Below are positions 1 through 9,537 of a stretch of DNA of 64,000 nt, in pieces. Origin of the DNA: an uncultured Chloracidobacterium sp. (GTDB taxonomy: Bacteria; Acidobacteriota; Blastocatellia; Pyrinomonadales; Pyrinomonadaceae). The translations under genes were made by a program, and so were the position numbers. The notes under the pieces are model-generated. The model was given only the letters and a program-made list of their open reading frames with translations. It ran no database searches and was not told the origin of the DNA. Positions within the stretch are counted from its first letter, which is position 1; each line of letters begins with the position of its first letter. The stretch covers positions 27,616 through 91,615 of the forward strand of contig CAZJFB010000001.1 of the NCBI GenBank assembly GCA_964545145.1, read 5' to 3'.

Positions 1-21
1 AGATATAATTGTAGCTTGTCA

Positions 22-44
22 GAACCGCGAGCGGTAGCGACCGG
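22..44. repeat. 23-nt exact repeat, copy 1 (GAACCGCGAGCGGTAGCGACCGG), in the argG 5' leader
   Basis: The identical 23-mer recurs at 55731-55753. Including the flanking TGTC, the match is 27 of 28 nt (17-44 vs 55726-55753). Confidence 0.9.
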
Positions 45-64
45 CATTGCGACGACAAATAGAG

Positions 65-1264
65 ATGGACAAAGAGATCAAAAAGGTGGTGCTTGCCTAT
101 TCAGGCGGACTTGATACTTCAGCGATGCTACTGTGGCTCAAGGAAACCTACGGCTGTGAGGTTGTGTGCTATTGCGCAGACGTTGGGCAGGGCGAGGAAA
201 TGACGGGCCTTGAGGAGAAGGCACTCACAACCGGTGCATCAAGGCTATATATCGAGGACCTTCGAGAGGAATTTGTAAAGGATTTTGTATGGACGGCTGT
301 TAAGGCAAACGCGTTGTATGAGGGCGTTTACCTACTCGGAACCTCGCTTGCACGCCCAGTGATAGCAAAACGACAGATCGAGATCGCGCAACGCGAGGGT
401 GCTGACGCCGTAGCCCACGGGGCCACGGGGAAAGGCAACGATCAGGTACGTTTTGAACTTACGTATTATTCGCTCCAGCCGGACATCAAGGTCGTCGCAC
501 CGTGGCGGCATTGGAACTTTAAGGGACGTGCCGAGTTGATCGCGTACTGTCAGCAGCACGGTATTCCGGTGACCGCGACAGCCGAAAAGCCCTATTCGAT
601 GGACCGCAATCTGATGCACATTTCCTATGAGGGTGGGATCCTTGAGGACCCTTGGGCAGCACCGCCAGAGAATATTTTCCTTCTGACCAAGTCGCCCGAG
701 AATGCATCAGATGCGGCAGAGGAGATCACCATTTCGTTCGAGAAGGGCGAGCCGGTTGCCATCAACGGTGTCGCCCATGGACCTGTCGATCTGCTCTCAC
801 ATTTGAACTATCTTGGTGGAGAACACGGTATCGGCCGCGTTGATCTGGTCGAAAATCGTTTTGTCGGCATGAAATCACGCGGGGTATATGAAACGCCCGG
901 AGTAACGATCCTGCAAACAGCCCACCGCGCACTTGAGTCCATCACGATGGATCGCGAGGTAATGAGGCTTCGCGACTCGCTCGGGACCAAGTTTGCCGAG
1001 TCGGTTTACTACGGATTTTGGTTCGCACCGGAATTTGAGATCCTCCGCTCGATGATCGACCAGACGCAGGAAACCGTGAACGGTGAGGTCCGCCTCAAAC
1101 TTTACAAGGGCAATGTGACCGTCAATGGCCGCAAGTCACCGAACTCGCTTTACCGCGAACGCGTCGTTACCTTTGAAGACGACGCCGGCGCCTACGACCA
1201 GCACGACGCCGAGGGCTTCATTAAACTGCAGGCGTTGAGACTGAGATTGAGGAACATGGAGTAG
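65..1264 (+). CDS. argG: argininosuccinate synthase
   Basis: ORF 47..1264. PP-loop [19 protein letters not shown] and [17 protein letters not shown] blocks; length is typical of type-1 ArgG. The ATG at 65 (MDKEIKK) is preferred over the TTG at 47. Confidence 0.95.
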   Translation: MDKEIKKVVLAYSGGLDTSAMLLWLKETYGCEVVCYCADVGQGEEMTGLEEKALTTGASRLYIEDLREEFVKDFVWTAVKANALYEGVYLLGTSLARPVIAKRQIEIAQREGADAVAHGATGKGNDQVRFELTYYSLQPDIKVVAPWRHWNFKGRAELIAYCQQHGIPVTATAEKPYSMDRNLMHISYEGGILEDPWAAPPENIFLLTKSPENASDAAEEITISFEKGEPVAINGVAHGPVDLLSHLNYLGGEHGIGRVDLVENRFVGMKSRGVYETPGVTILQTAHRALESITMDREVMRLRDSLGTKFAESVYYGFWFAPEFEILRSMIDQTQETVNGEVRLKLYKGNVTVNGRKSPNSLYRERVVTFEDDAGAYDQHDAEGFIKLQALRLRLRNME

Positions 1265-1265
1265 G

Positions 1266-1667
1266 ATGAGTACCACCGTGATCGCGAAATGGCACGATGT
1301 CGTCAGAAGGCGCGACCCATCGGGGTTGAACGATCTGCTCGCAAACGACGTAGTCTTCTACTCACCCGTTGTACATAGACCACAGGTCGGGAAAGCCATA
1401 ACGTCGACATACCTCGCAGCTGCCGTGCGCGTATTTGGTAATGAGAGTTTTCGATATGTCCGCGAGGTCATTGGTGAGAGCGATGCCGTTCTCGAATTTG
1501 AGACCGAGATCGACGACATCACCGTGAATGGCGTCGACATGATCAAATGGAACGCCGACGGGCGGATCACCGAGTTCAAGGTAATGGTCCGCCCGCTCAA
1601 GGCGATCAATCTCATCCATCAGAGAATGGGTGAAATGCTTGCCGCCGCTAACCCAAATATCCCCTAA
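1266..1667 (+). CDS. NTF2-like / SnoaL-like small protein
   Basis: 133 aa, starting 2 nt after the argG stop. The alpha+beta cone-like pattern (WHDVVRRRD...VVFYSPVV...ITVNGVDMIKWNADGRITEFKVMVRP) is typical of nuclear transport factor 2 family proteins. Confidence 0.6.
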   Translation: MSTTVIAKWHDVVRRRDPSGLNDLLANDVVFYSPVVHRPQVGKAITSTYLAAAVRVFGNESFRYVREVIGESDAVLEFETEIDDITVNGVDMIKWNADGRITEFKVMVRPLKAINLIHQRMGEMLAAANPNIP

Positions 1668-2919
1668 ACTTTGCAGCGCTTGCCGAGTAATTCGGGAAGA
1701 TCTTGCCGAGATCTTTTGCTCCCAAATGCTTATAGGCGGCTTCTGCAAATACGTCACGGAAGTCGGTAGTGACGTCAAGGTCACGGCCCTCATAGAGCTT
1801 GTCGCTTTTTAGTCCGCGAAAGTCGCCATACACCTTGCCGCCCTTGACGGAATTGCCTAGTACGAACATCGCATTTGCATGGCCGTGGTCGGTACCGCGT
1901 GTACCATTCTCGCGGGCGGTTCGGCCAAATTCACTCATGGTAAGAACGACAACATCGTCCATGCGCTTGCCAAGATCGGTGTTGAAAGCCGCGATGCTCG
2001 CCGCGAAGTCACGTAAGAGGTTGGCAAGCTGTCCCTGTGACGGATTCTGCGGATTGCCCTGATTAGAGTGAGTGTCCCAGCCGCCCATTTCGGCAAACGC
2101 GATCTCTAAGCCGATGCCGGCCTTGATCATCTGCGCGATCTGCTGAAGCGAACGCCCTAAAGCAGTCGCCGGATAGACGGCGCCGTTCTCGGGCTTGTAT
2201 TGAGCGGGGTCAGCCTGCTTTAGGAAGTTCACCGCTTCGAAAGTCTCTTTGCCGGTCTCGCTAAGCGTGTCCTTAGAATTCTGCTCGTAAATGCCCTCAA
2301 AGCCTCCCCGCATATTATTTGAGTAAATACCGGCCTTGATCGAGAAATCCGACAGGTTGGTCATCGCGACCGACGGAGCCTTGCCATAAAGGGCGCGCGG
2401 CAGCGACTGAGTCATCGCAACGGCGCGGAATGGCGATTCTTCTTTCTTCGATGTCGTCTGCAAAACACGGTTGAGCCAGCCATCCTTGGTACCTTTGTAG
2501 CCCGGCGTGCCCGACTCCATGTAGTCCTGCGCGTCAAAGTGCGATCGCGTATTATCGGGCGAACCGGCTGCATTTACGATCGCAAGCCGCTTGTCTTTCC
2601 AAAGCTGCTCGAATGGCTTCATCGACGGATGTAGCCCAAAGTATCCGTCTAGGTCGATGGCACCACCATTCTCGGTCGGCCTTTTGATCGCGATGTTCCG
2701 GCGAAGGTTATAGTACTCGCTCTCGCCGTATGGTACGACCATGTTAAGGCCGTCGACCGCGCCGCGTTGAAATATCGTGACCAGGACCTTTTTCTTTCCA
2801 AAGCCCTTTGCCGCCGTCTGAGCTGCCGCAAATTGATGGAGAAATTCAGGGGCCGCGGCCATCAGCCCAAAGCTCGCGAGGCCGATGCCGCCAGTCTTCA
2901 AAAAATACCGTCTGTCCAT
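1648..2919 (-). CDS. DUF1501 domain protein (sulfatase-like, Tat-exported)
   Basis: Twin-arginine leader MDRRYFLKTGGIGLASFGL. Conserved DUF1501 blocks (LVTIFQRGAVDGLN, GGWDTH, SEFGRT...GTDHGH). No DUF1800 partner lies next to it in this window. Confidence 0.85.
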   Translation of the reverse strand: MDRRYFLKTGGIGLASFGLMAAAPEFLHQFAAAQTAAKGFGKKKVLVTIFQRGAVDGLNMVVPYGESEYYNLRRNIAIKRPTENGGAIDLDGYFGLHPSMKPFEQLWKDKRLAIVNAAGSPDNTRSHFDAQDYMESGTPGYKGTKDGWLNRVLQTTSKKEESPFRAVAMTQSLPRALYGKAPSVAMTNLSDFSIKAGIYSNNMRGGFEGIYEQNSKDTLSETGKETFEAVNFLKQADPAQYKPENGAVYPATALGRSLQQIAQMIKAGIGLEIAFAEMGGWDTHSNQGNPQNPSQGQLANLLRDFAASIAAFNTDLGKRMDDVVVLTMSEFGRTARENGTRGTDHGHANAMFVLGNSVKGGKVYGDFRGLKSDKLYEGRDLDVTTDFRDVFAEAAYKHLGAKDLGKIFPNYSASAAKFRGYLG

Positions 2920-3038
2920 GAATGCTTACCTCTAACAAACAATTATCAACCAATGCTTAGACGATAGATCACCGCAGTTTGTCGGTTTTTTTTGTATTTG
3001 TCACGATGCGATGTTGATAATAGAGTAGTTGATACGAA

Positions 3039-3848
3039 ATGCGCGAGGAACTAATCAGGCTCATTATGGAAAGGCTCGTCCGTGATGCTGACGCGATCAG
3101 GGCGGAGTATGCGGCTGAGAAAGGCGTGACCGCAAAGCACGTGGCCATCGACGATCTACTGCCGGAGGAGATAGCCCATCGGATCGCGGCAGCCTTCCCA
3201 CCGACGAATAAGATGCGGCTGATCGACAGCTTTCGCGAGCGTAAGTTCAATGCGAAGAATCTCGACGACTTTGACCCGATAATATCCGACATCACATTCG
3301 CCTTTCAGGACGAACGAGTGATCGATACGGTCGCGGAGTTGACCGGCATCGAGGACGCCGTCGGCGACCCGCATCTTTACGCAGGCGGACTGAGCGCGAT
3401 GGAACGCGGCCATTTCCTCAATCCGCATCTCGATAATTCTCACGACGGCGAGCAGAAGAACTATCGCGTACTCAACCTGCTATACTACATCACTCCGGAC
3501 TGGAGATCGGAAAACGGCGGAAACCTTGAACTTTGGGATATCGACGTCACGCAGCCGCTCGAGATACCGAGCCTTTTCAACCGTCTCGTGCTAATGGGTA
3601 CCGGCGATAAAACGTGGCACTCGGTAAATGAGGTCAAGGCCGACGACGCCCGACGCTGCGTTTCCAACTATTACTTTTCGCCCCACAGTCCGAATGGCTA
3701 TGAAACTTCGCATGTCACTTACTTCATGGCACGCCCCGAGCAAAAGCTGCGCAGACTGATCACAAAGGTTGACAGCGATCTGCGTACCGTCCTGCGAAAG
3801 GTCAAGCCCGACGGCTTTGCAAAGAAGGATATTTATGAAAAGAAGTAG
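3039..3848 (+). CDS. 2OG-Fe(II) oxygenase family protein
   Basis: HxD...H facial triad context (NPHLDNSHD ... GGNLELWD ... KTWHSV), as in prolyl-4-hydroxylase-like 2OG oxygenases. Confidence 0.75.
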   Translation: MREELIRLIMERLVRDADAIRAEYAAEKGVTAKHVAIDDLLPEEIAHRIAAAFPPTNKMRLIDSFRERKFNAKNLDDFDPIISDITFAFQDERVIDTVAELTGIEDAVGDPHLYAGGLSAMERGHFLNPHLDNSHDGEQKNYRVLNLLYYITPDWRSENGGNLELWDIDVTQPLEIPSLFNRLVLMGTGDKTWHSVNEVKADDARRCVSNYYFSPHSPNGYETSHVTYFMARPEQKLRRLITKVDSDLRTVLRKVKPDGFAKKDIYEKK

Positions 3849-3851
3849 TGT

Positions 3852-6800
3852 TCACCTGATAATTACTTCGTCCACAAAGATCCACGGATCCCCGCCTGCC
3901 CCGAGATGCCACGACGGGATCTTGCCAAAATTATCTGCTCGGACCCTAATGTAACGCGCGGTGATCGGATCGATGTCGAACAAGAACTCTTTCACCGTTG
4001 GTTTGGTGTCTTTCGTCGGATAGTTTGGCCTAAAGTCCTTGATCTCTGTATATTTCACACCGTCCTCCGAGGCCTCAAAACGGACCCTGTCCGGGAACCA
4101 GATCCACGGATCAACGACCTGCAAAAAACTCGCCCCAATGACTTTAACAACCGTCGGTCTGCCAAGGTCGATGACCGCTTCGAAAGGCTTGCCCTGATAG
4201 CCCTGCCATTCCCCGCTAGCGAAGTTGACCGTTCCACGAATGCCATCGATCACGCCGTCGTCCCCGCCGCCGGTGTATTGCGTGCTGTACGGGTATTTCA
4301 GCTTAACATTCCAATCGTTCGGCCGTTTCTTAAGTACTGCCTCCACCGGAAAACTCACCTGACCTTTTGGACCAATGGCGACGGCTTTCACCATCGTCGT
4401 CTGGTCCACAGTTAATGGGCCCGAGAATTTCGCGGATGCCGCAGTTGGCAGGCTGCCGTCCGTCGTGAAGTGAATTGACGCGTTTTGGCTAATGCTTGCA
4501 ATAGCTACACTCGAACTGTCTCTGAATGTTCGGTCACCGGTGATCACCGGAACTGCGACCGTATCAATATCAATTGAGGAGAGCGGAAACTCAGTAAATG
4601 CGGACATAACCGGCTGATCGTTCATCGCAAATTCGAGCAAACCACCTTTCATAAGGTCGGCGTGGGTTATGTAGGCTTTCTTATAAGGCTGGCCGTTGAG
4701 CTTGGCGTTGAGAATATACGTGTTCTTAGCAGAGATATTCTTTGCTTTGATAGTAAAGGTCTTGCCGTTCTCCAGCCGGTACGTCATCTCGGGAAACAGC
4801 GGCGTTCCAAAAACGTACACCCCGTCCCCCGGAGCGACCGGATAGAAGCCGCTCGCCGACATGATGTACCACGCCGACATCTGGCCGCAGTCTTCGTTGC
4901 CGATGAGACCGTCGGGTGTCGGCTTGTAAAATTCGTCCATTATATTTCGGACGTACTTTTGTGTCTTCCACGGCTCACCGGCGTAGTTGTAAAGGTATGT
5001 GATGTGATGCGAAGGCTCGTTGCCGTGGGCGTACTGGCCGATCAGGCCGGTAAGGTCAGCCTGCTCGCGTCCGCCGAGTTTCTGGTCGGTGGTAAAAAGT
5101 TCGTCGAGCTTCGCGACAAATTTCTCTCGCCCGCCCATCAACTCCATCAGACGCGAAACATCCTGCGGCACAAAGAACGAATACTGCCACGAGTTTCCCT
5201 CGGTAAAGCCGAATGTCACCTCATTCGGAGCGAAAGGTTCGACAAAGCCGCCGTTCTTTTTCGGGCGGAAGAAGCCGATCTTCGGATCGAAAAGATTTTC
5301 GAAGTAGCGTGCCCGTGCCGAGTATTTTTCAATGTCGGATCGCAGGCTTCCAGCCTGCGGGTGATTCGCAGGCAAGCTGCCTGCGATCCGACGAGCCATT
5401 TGTGCGATGCACCAGTCGTCATAGGCGTATTCGAGCGTTCGCGACACGGATTCGTTCTCGTCTTCCATCGAGATGTAGCCGCGCTTCTTGTAGCCGGCTA
5501 GGCCGAAATGGTCGAGTTCGGCCGAGTGTTTCGCTGCGGCGTAGGCCTTTTCGTAATCAAAGCCTTTTATGCCCTTTGCCATCGCATCGGCAATGACCGA
5601 GACCGAATGATAGCCGATCATGCAATCGGTCTCGTTCGCCGCCAGCTCCCAAACCGGCAGGCGGCCGCCCTGCTCGTATTGGCGGATGAACGTGTTGATA
5701 AAATCGACCGTTCGCTTCTGGTCGATGATCGTGTACAGCGGATGTGCCGCCCGGAATGTGTCCCAGAGCGAGAAGACGGTGTATTGGTTCGAAGTTGCCG
5801 AGGCCCGCGCGTTAGCAAGGGCGATATCCGAACGTTGAGCCTTTCGCCCTTGCTCACGCGCGGGCTTTTGCATTCCGTCGGAAACGTTGTGAACCTTCTT
5901 ATCCATGCCCAGATACGAACCGTCGACATCGTTAAAGATATTCGGCTGGATCATCGTGTGATAAAGCGCCGTGTAAAACGTCGTCGTCTGAGCGTCAGTC
6001 CCGCCCGAAACCTCGATCTTCGACAGCTCCTTGTTCCAAGCCGCCTTTGCATCGGCACGGACCTTATCAAAATCCCAGCCGGGAAGCTCGGCAGCGAGAT
6101 TTTTACGGGCACCTTCGATGGAGACGTGGGAAATGGCGACCTTGAGCAAAATCTGATCGCCAGCCTTTGGCGAGAAGGCGAAGAAGGCACTAACCTTCTT
6201 ACCTCCTTTTTCGAATATTGCGATTTCTTCAAATGAACGCGAAAACTCTGCCACGAAGTAAACAGTTTGGTCCTTCGCCCAAGATGAAGAGCGACGGTAT
6301 CCTTCAATCCGCTTTTTATCAACGATTTTGAAATCGCCTTCTAGAAGCTTGTCACGCCATTTTAGATCAAGGCTAACGCCGGCTTTACGTGACTGAGGAA
6401 ACGAGTATCGATGAAGTCCTACTCGATGGGTCGCCGTCAACTCGGCAGAGATCTTCTGATCGGCAAGTTTAACGGAATAGTAACCAGGTGTAGCAACCTC
6501 ATCCGAATGTGAGAATTTGGAAGCATACCCAGGATAATTGTCAAAGTTCGGCGGTTTTGGACTCTCGTATTCGGCAATAGCGGGCATGAACAAAATATCG
6601 CAATAATCCGGAATGCCCGTGCCGTTCAGGTGCGTGTGCGAAAAGCCGTAGATCGTGTCGTCGGAGTAGTGATAGCCGCTCGATCCGTCCCAGTTGTCGA
6701 TGCGTGTGTCGGGCGAGAGTTGCACCATTCCGAAGGGCATCGTCGCTCCGGGAAAGGTATGCCCGTGGCCGCCGGTGCCGATGAACGGGTTGACCCAATT

Positions 6801-6878
6801 GGCGAAGTCTTTGGTCTGGGCGGCGAGGCCGATCGATAATGTGAGTACGGCAAGACTGACGAAGAATTTGGTTTTCAT
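3852..6878 (-). CDS. secreted GH92 alpha-mannosidase with C-terminal discoidin (F5/8 type C)-like domain
   Basis: Signal peptide. GH92 blocks NWVNPFIGTGGHGHTFPGATMPFGMVQLSPDT, FSLWDTFRAAHPL, QYAHGNEPSHH. C-terminal roughly 150 aa are carbohydrate-binding-like (RYIRVRADNFG). Confidence 0.9.
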   Translation of the reverse strand: MKTKFFVSLAVLTLSIGLAAQTKDFANWVNPFIGTGGHGHTFPGATMPFGMVQLSPDTRIDNWDGSSGYHYSDDTIYGFSHTHLNGTGIPDYCDILFMPAIAEYESPKPPNFDNYPGYASKFSHSDEVATPGYYSVKLADQKISAELTATHRVGLHRYSFPQSRKAGVSLDLKWRDKLLEGDFKIVDKKRIEGYRRSSSWAKDQTVYFVAEFSRSFEEIAIFEKGGKKVSAFFAFSPKAGDQILLKVAISHVSIEGARKNLAAELPGWDFDKVRADAKAAWNKELSKIEVSGGTDAQTTTFYTALYHTMIQPNIFNDVDGSYLGMDKKVHNVSDGMQKPAREQGRKAQRSDIALANARASATSNQYTVFSLWDTFRAAHPLYTIIDQKRTVDFINTFIRQYEQGGRLPVWELAANETDCMIGYHSVSVIADAMAKGIKGFDYEKAYAAAKHSAELDHFGLAGYKKRGYISMEDENESVSRTLEYAYDDWCIAQMARRIAGSLPANHPQAGSLRSDIEKYSARARYFENLFDPKIGFFRPKKNGGFVEPFAPNEVTFGFTEGNSWQYSFFVPQDVSRLMELMGGREKFVAKLDELFTTDQKLGGREQADLTGLIGQYAHGNEPSHHITYLYNYAGEPWKTQKYVRNIMDEFYKPTPDGLIGNEDCGQMSAWYIMSASGFYPVAPGDGVYVFGTPLFPEMTYRLENGKTFTIKAKNISAKNTYILNAKLNGQPYKKAYITHADLMKGGLLEFAMNDQPVMSAFTEFPLSSIDIDTVAVPVITGDRTFRDSSSVAIASISQNASIHFTTDGSLPTAASAKFSGPLTVDQTTMVKAVAIGPKGQVSFPVEAVLKKRPNDWNVKLKYPYSTQYTGGGDDGVIDGIRGTVNFASGEWQGYQGKPFEAVIDLGRPTVVKVIGASFLQVVDPWIWFPDRVRFEASEDGVKYTEIKDFRPNYPTKDTKPTVKEFLFDIDPITARYIRVRADNFGKIPSWHLGAGGDPWIFVDEVIIR
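5803..5865. repeat. 63-bp near-perfect palindrome inserted in frame within the GH92 CDS
   Basis: The arms 5803-5824 (GCCCGCGCGTTAGCAAGGGCGA) and 5844-5865 (TCGCCCTTGCTCACGCGCGGGC) are complementary at 21 of 22 positions, with a 19-nt loop. The length is 21 codons and the frame is preserved; it encodes PAREQGRKAQRSDIALANARA. Confidence 0.85.
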
Positions 6879-6879
6879 G

Positions 6880-8010
6880 CTATTTCCAATTGACCACCTT
6901 CAGAACGATCCTTTTGTAGTCGTCTTTTTCATAGAGGACGCCGATGCGGTCCTTATCTATCAGAACGATATCAGAATATGCCGTGATATCACGTCCTTTG
7001 GGATCGGCGACACCATCGATCGCGATACTTTTCGTCCACGTTAGGCCTTCGTCACGGCTTATCCGCAAGGTCAGGTTATTGCGGTTTCGCTGATCCGCGT
7101 TATTCGAAAATGCGAGGACCTTTCCCGTTATCCGCAGCAGGCTGCCCTCGCACACGGGGTCGGGCAAGCGGCGGTCAAAACCGGCTTCCCGCCAACTCTC
7201 ACCGCCGTCATCGCTTCTGGCCGTAATTCGGTATCGCTGATCGCCTTTCTGGTTTCGGGCGTTGAGCAATATGCTGCCGCCTTTGAGTTCCGCCGCGGTC
7301 GATTCGTTGCTGCCGGCGATGCCGATGTCGTTACTGACCTTGAACGAAACGCCATGATCGTCGGTGAAGAATCCGCTCGCCATGTAATCTTCAAAATTCT
7401 TCGACGGCTCGCCCTTTGAGTAATTGACCGGGACAAATATTCTACCGCGGCGCTTCCCTTCTGTGAGCTGTATCGCGTGTCCCGGCGTATTAGCGTACGA
7501 ACGCCAATCCGCACGCTTAACCTGCGAGGTGATGTTGACCGCCGCTGACCATGACCGGCCTTCGTCGATCGAGGTCTTGAACCACACCTCGCGAGTGCCG
7601 TTACCGCGTCTGACCTCTTGTTCGTTCTTATCGCCGGTGTTGTAGAAAAGGAAGATCCGCCCTCTAGGGTAACGTCGATCAAGCTCATCCACGACCGGTG
7701 CCGGATTGCCCGCCTGCATCGAGCCGTACTCAGCAACGACCTGCAGTTCAGACCAAGTTTTTCCGTTGTCGTTGCTGGACCTTAAGACAATATCGATATC
7801 GCCAAAGTCACTCCCGCCTTTTCGTCTCGCCTCGGCAAACGCTAGAAGCTTACCTGACCTTAGCTTTATGATCGCAGGTATCCGGTAGGTTGCGGCTCCG
7901 TCTTTGCCGCTTTCGAACACCACATTGTCCTGACTAAGTACAATGCTCGACAGGACCGTGGTGATCATAAATATGCGAAGTGACATCAACATATATGTAA
8001 GTCGCATCAA
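6880..8010 (-). CDS. secreted GH33 sialidase (exo-alpha-sialidase, BNR repeat)
   Basis: FRIP-like YRIPAI plus four Asp-box motifs: SNDNGKTW, SIDEGRSW, SDDGGESW, SRDEGLTW. Confidence 0.9.
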   Translation of the reverse strand: MMRLTYMLMSLRIFMITTVLSSIVLSQDNVVFESGKDGAATYRIPAIIKLRSGKLLAFAEARRKGGSDFGDIDIVLRSSNDNGKTWSELQVVAEYGSMQAGNPAPVVDELDRRYPRGRIFLFYNTGDKNEQEVRRGNGTREVWFKTSIDEGRSWSAAVNITSQVKRADWRSYANTPGHAIQLTEGKRRGRIFVPVNYSKGEPSKNFEDYMASGFFTDDHGVSFKVSNDIGIAGSNESTAAELKGGSILLNARNQKGDQRYRITARSDDGGESWREAGFDRRLPDPVCEGSLLRITGKVLAFSNNADQRNRNNLTLRISRDEGLTWTKSIAIDGVADPKGRDITAYSDIVLIDKDRIGVLYEKDDYKRIVLKVVNWK

Positions 8011-8016
8011 CCTCGT

Positions 8017-9438
8017 TTACATTCCGCTGTCGAATAACTGCAGCGTCGAGAGTACCGGACACGCCTTAGAATCTTCGATCACTATCCTGATCTTGCTTGT
8101 TCTCGCCATAGGAAATCGTACGATCCGCTTGTACCCGATCGTTGTCCCGTTTGCTTTTTTGACAAATTCGCTTCCGTTCCAGATCCGCACCGAAAACCTT
8201 CGAACACGTTGGCCGAGCGCGATGTTCTCCTGTAACAGAACGGCGTCGATCTCTGTCTCGCGGCCGAGGTCGAGCGTGAGCGAAGCATTCGTCACGCCGT
8301 CGTCGGTCGCCCAATATGTGTTAAATGAATCGTCAAGCACATTCGACGCCGCAAAACGCTTATCACCGCCGCGCACGTTTGTCGCTGTGATCTTGCCCTT
8401 GGCAAGGTTGACGCCAAATGCCTTTTCGCGTGCGGCCCTAAACTCCATCAATCTCGCGATGTCGTTCTCATTGACGAGGCCGCGGCGGTCGACGCCGACA
8501 TTGAGGAGCAGGTTACAGTTGCGGCCGACCGAGCCGAGATAGATCGACATCAGGTCGGCAACGGATTTGAGTTTCTTATCTTCCTCAGCGTGGTAGAACC
8601 AGCCCGGACGGATCGAGACGTCGCATTCGGCTGGCAGCCAAGTCGTGCCGTTCTCGTCGCCGCGATTGAGGGCTTTTTCGTCGGCAAAGCCGGGAAACGA
8701 GCCCTCGTTATCGCGCATTGACCAATTAGTCTCGCCGGCGAGCCCGCGCTCATTGCCGACCCAGCGGATGTCCGGCCCGGCGTCGCTGAAGATGATCGTC
8801 TCGGGCTGTAGGCTCTTTATCGTCGAGAAAAATCCGCCGAAATCATACACCATCCGCTTCTTGTTATCGTTGGCACCGTCGAGCCAGGATTCGAAAATCG
8901 GGCCGTAATTCGTAAGCAGCTCGCGCCACTGTTGTTTGTAGATCTTGTTGTACTGCGGTGTGCCGTATAGCGGATGATTGCGGTCCCACGGAGAGATATA
9001 AATGCCGAACTTGAGGCCGTATTCGCGGCACGCGGCAGAAAGCTCCTTGAGAACATCGCCTTTGCCGTCGCGCCATTTCGAGTTCTTGACCGAATACTCC
9101 GTCGTCGCCGACGGCCAAAGGCAAAAACCGTCATGGTGTTTAGCCGTGATGATGATGCCTTTCATTCCGGCGTCGCGAACCACACGCGCCCACTGCCGTG
9201 CATCGAACGCCGTCGGATAAAAATCTGTCGCCGGCGCCCGGCCCTCGCCCCATTCGTGGTCGGTAAAGGTGTTCATCCCAAAGTGGATAAAAGCGTAGTA
9301 TTCCAGCTTTTGCCAGCTGAGCTGTGATCTGGTTGGGACGGGATCGATCGGTTTCGGCGGAGGGTTTGCGTTCGCCAAGGCCGCCAATAGAGCGATCACC
9401 GGCAGGCACGTCGAAAATCTGTTAACAACTTGCAACAT
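8017..9438 (-). CDS. secreted GH29 alpha-L-fucosidase with C-terminal F5/8 type C-like domain
   Basis: HFGMNTFTDHEWG and ITAKHHDGFCLWPS blocks. C-terminal discoidin-like region (NTYWATDDGV...IRIVIE). Confidence 0.9.
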   Translation of the reverse strand: MLQVVNRFSTCLPVIALLAALANANPPPKPIDPVPTRSQLSWQKLEYYAFIHFGMNTFTDHEWGEGRAPATDFYPTAFDARQWARVVRDAGMKGIIITAKHHDGFCLWPSATTEYSVKNSKWRDGKGDVLKELSAACREYGLKFGIYISPWDRNHPLYGTPQYNKIYKQQWRELLTNYGPIFESWLDGANDNKKRMVYDFGGFFSTIKSLQPETIIFSDAGPDIRWVGNERGLAGETNWSMRDNEGSFPGFADEKALNRGDENGTTWLPAECDVSIRPGWFYHAEEDKKLKSVADLMSIYLGSVGRNCNLLLNVGVDRRGLVNENDIARLMEFRAAREKAFGVNLAKGKITATNVRGGDKRFAASNVLDDSFNTYWATDDGVTNASLTLDLGRETEIDAVLLQENIALGQRVRRFSVRIWNGSEFVKKANGTTIGYKRIVRFPMARTSKIRIVIEDSKACPVLSTLQLFDSGM

Positions 9439-9450
9439 CTTGCCGGGAAC

Positions 9451-9490
9451 GCAGCCGCCCTCGGCTGCAAAGCGTCCCTTTAAGGGCGCT
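9451..9490. repeat. twin GC-rich hairpins in the GH20/GH29 spacer (REP-like)
   Basis: Hairpin 1 is GCAGCCG-cctt-CGGCTGC (9451-9468). Hairpin 2 is AGCGTCC-cttaa-GGGCGCT (9471-9490, one G-U pair). No U-run follows on either strand. Confidence 0.5.
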
Positions 9491-9537
9491 CACGAACACT
9501 GGACTCATTCAACAAATGAGCTATTAACTCTCAACGG

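Noticed and set aside
4662-6236. Long plus-strand ORFs (279 aa and 242 aa) inside the GH92 region
   Set aside because: They are antisense to a strongly supported GH92 CDS. Their composition is Arg/Leu/Val-rich and typical of GC-rich shadow frames, with no recognisable motifs.
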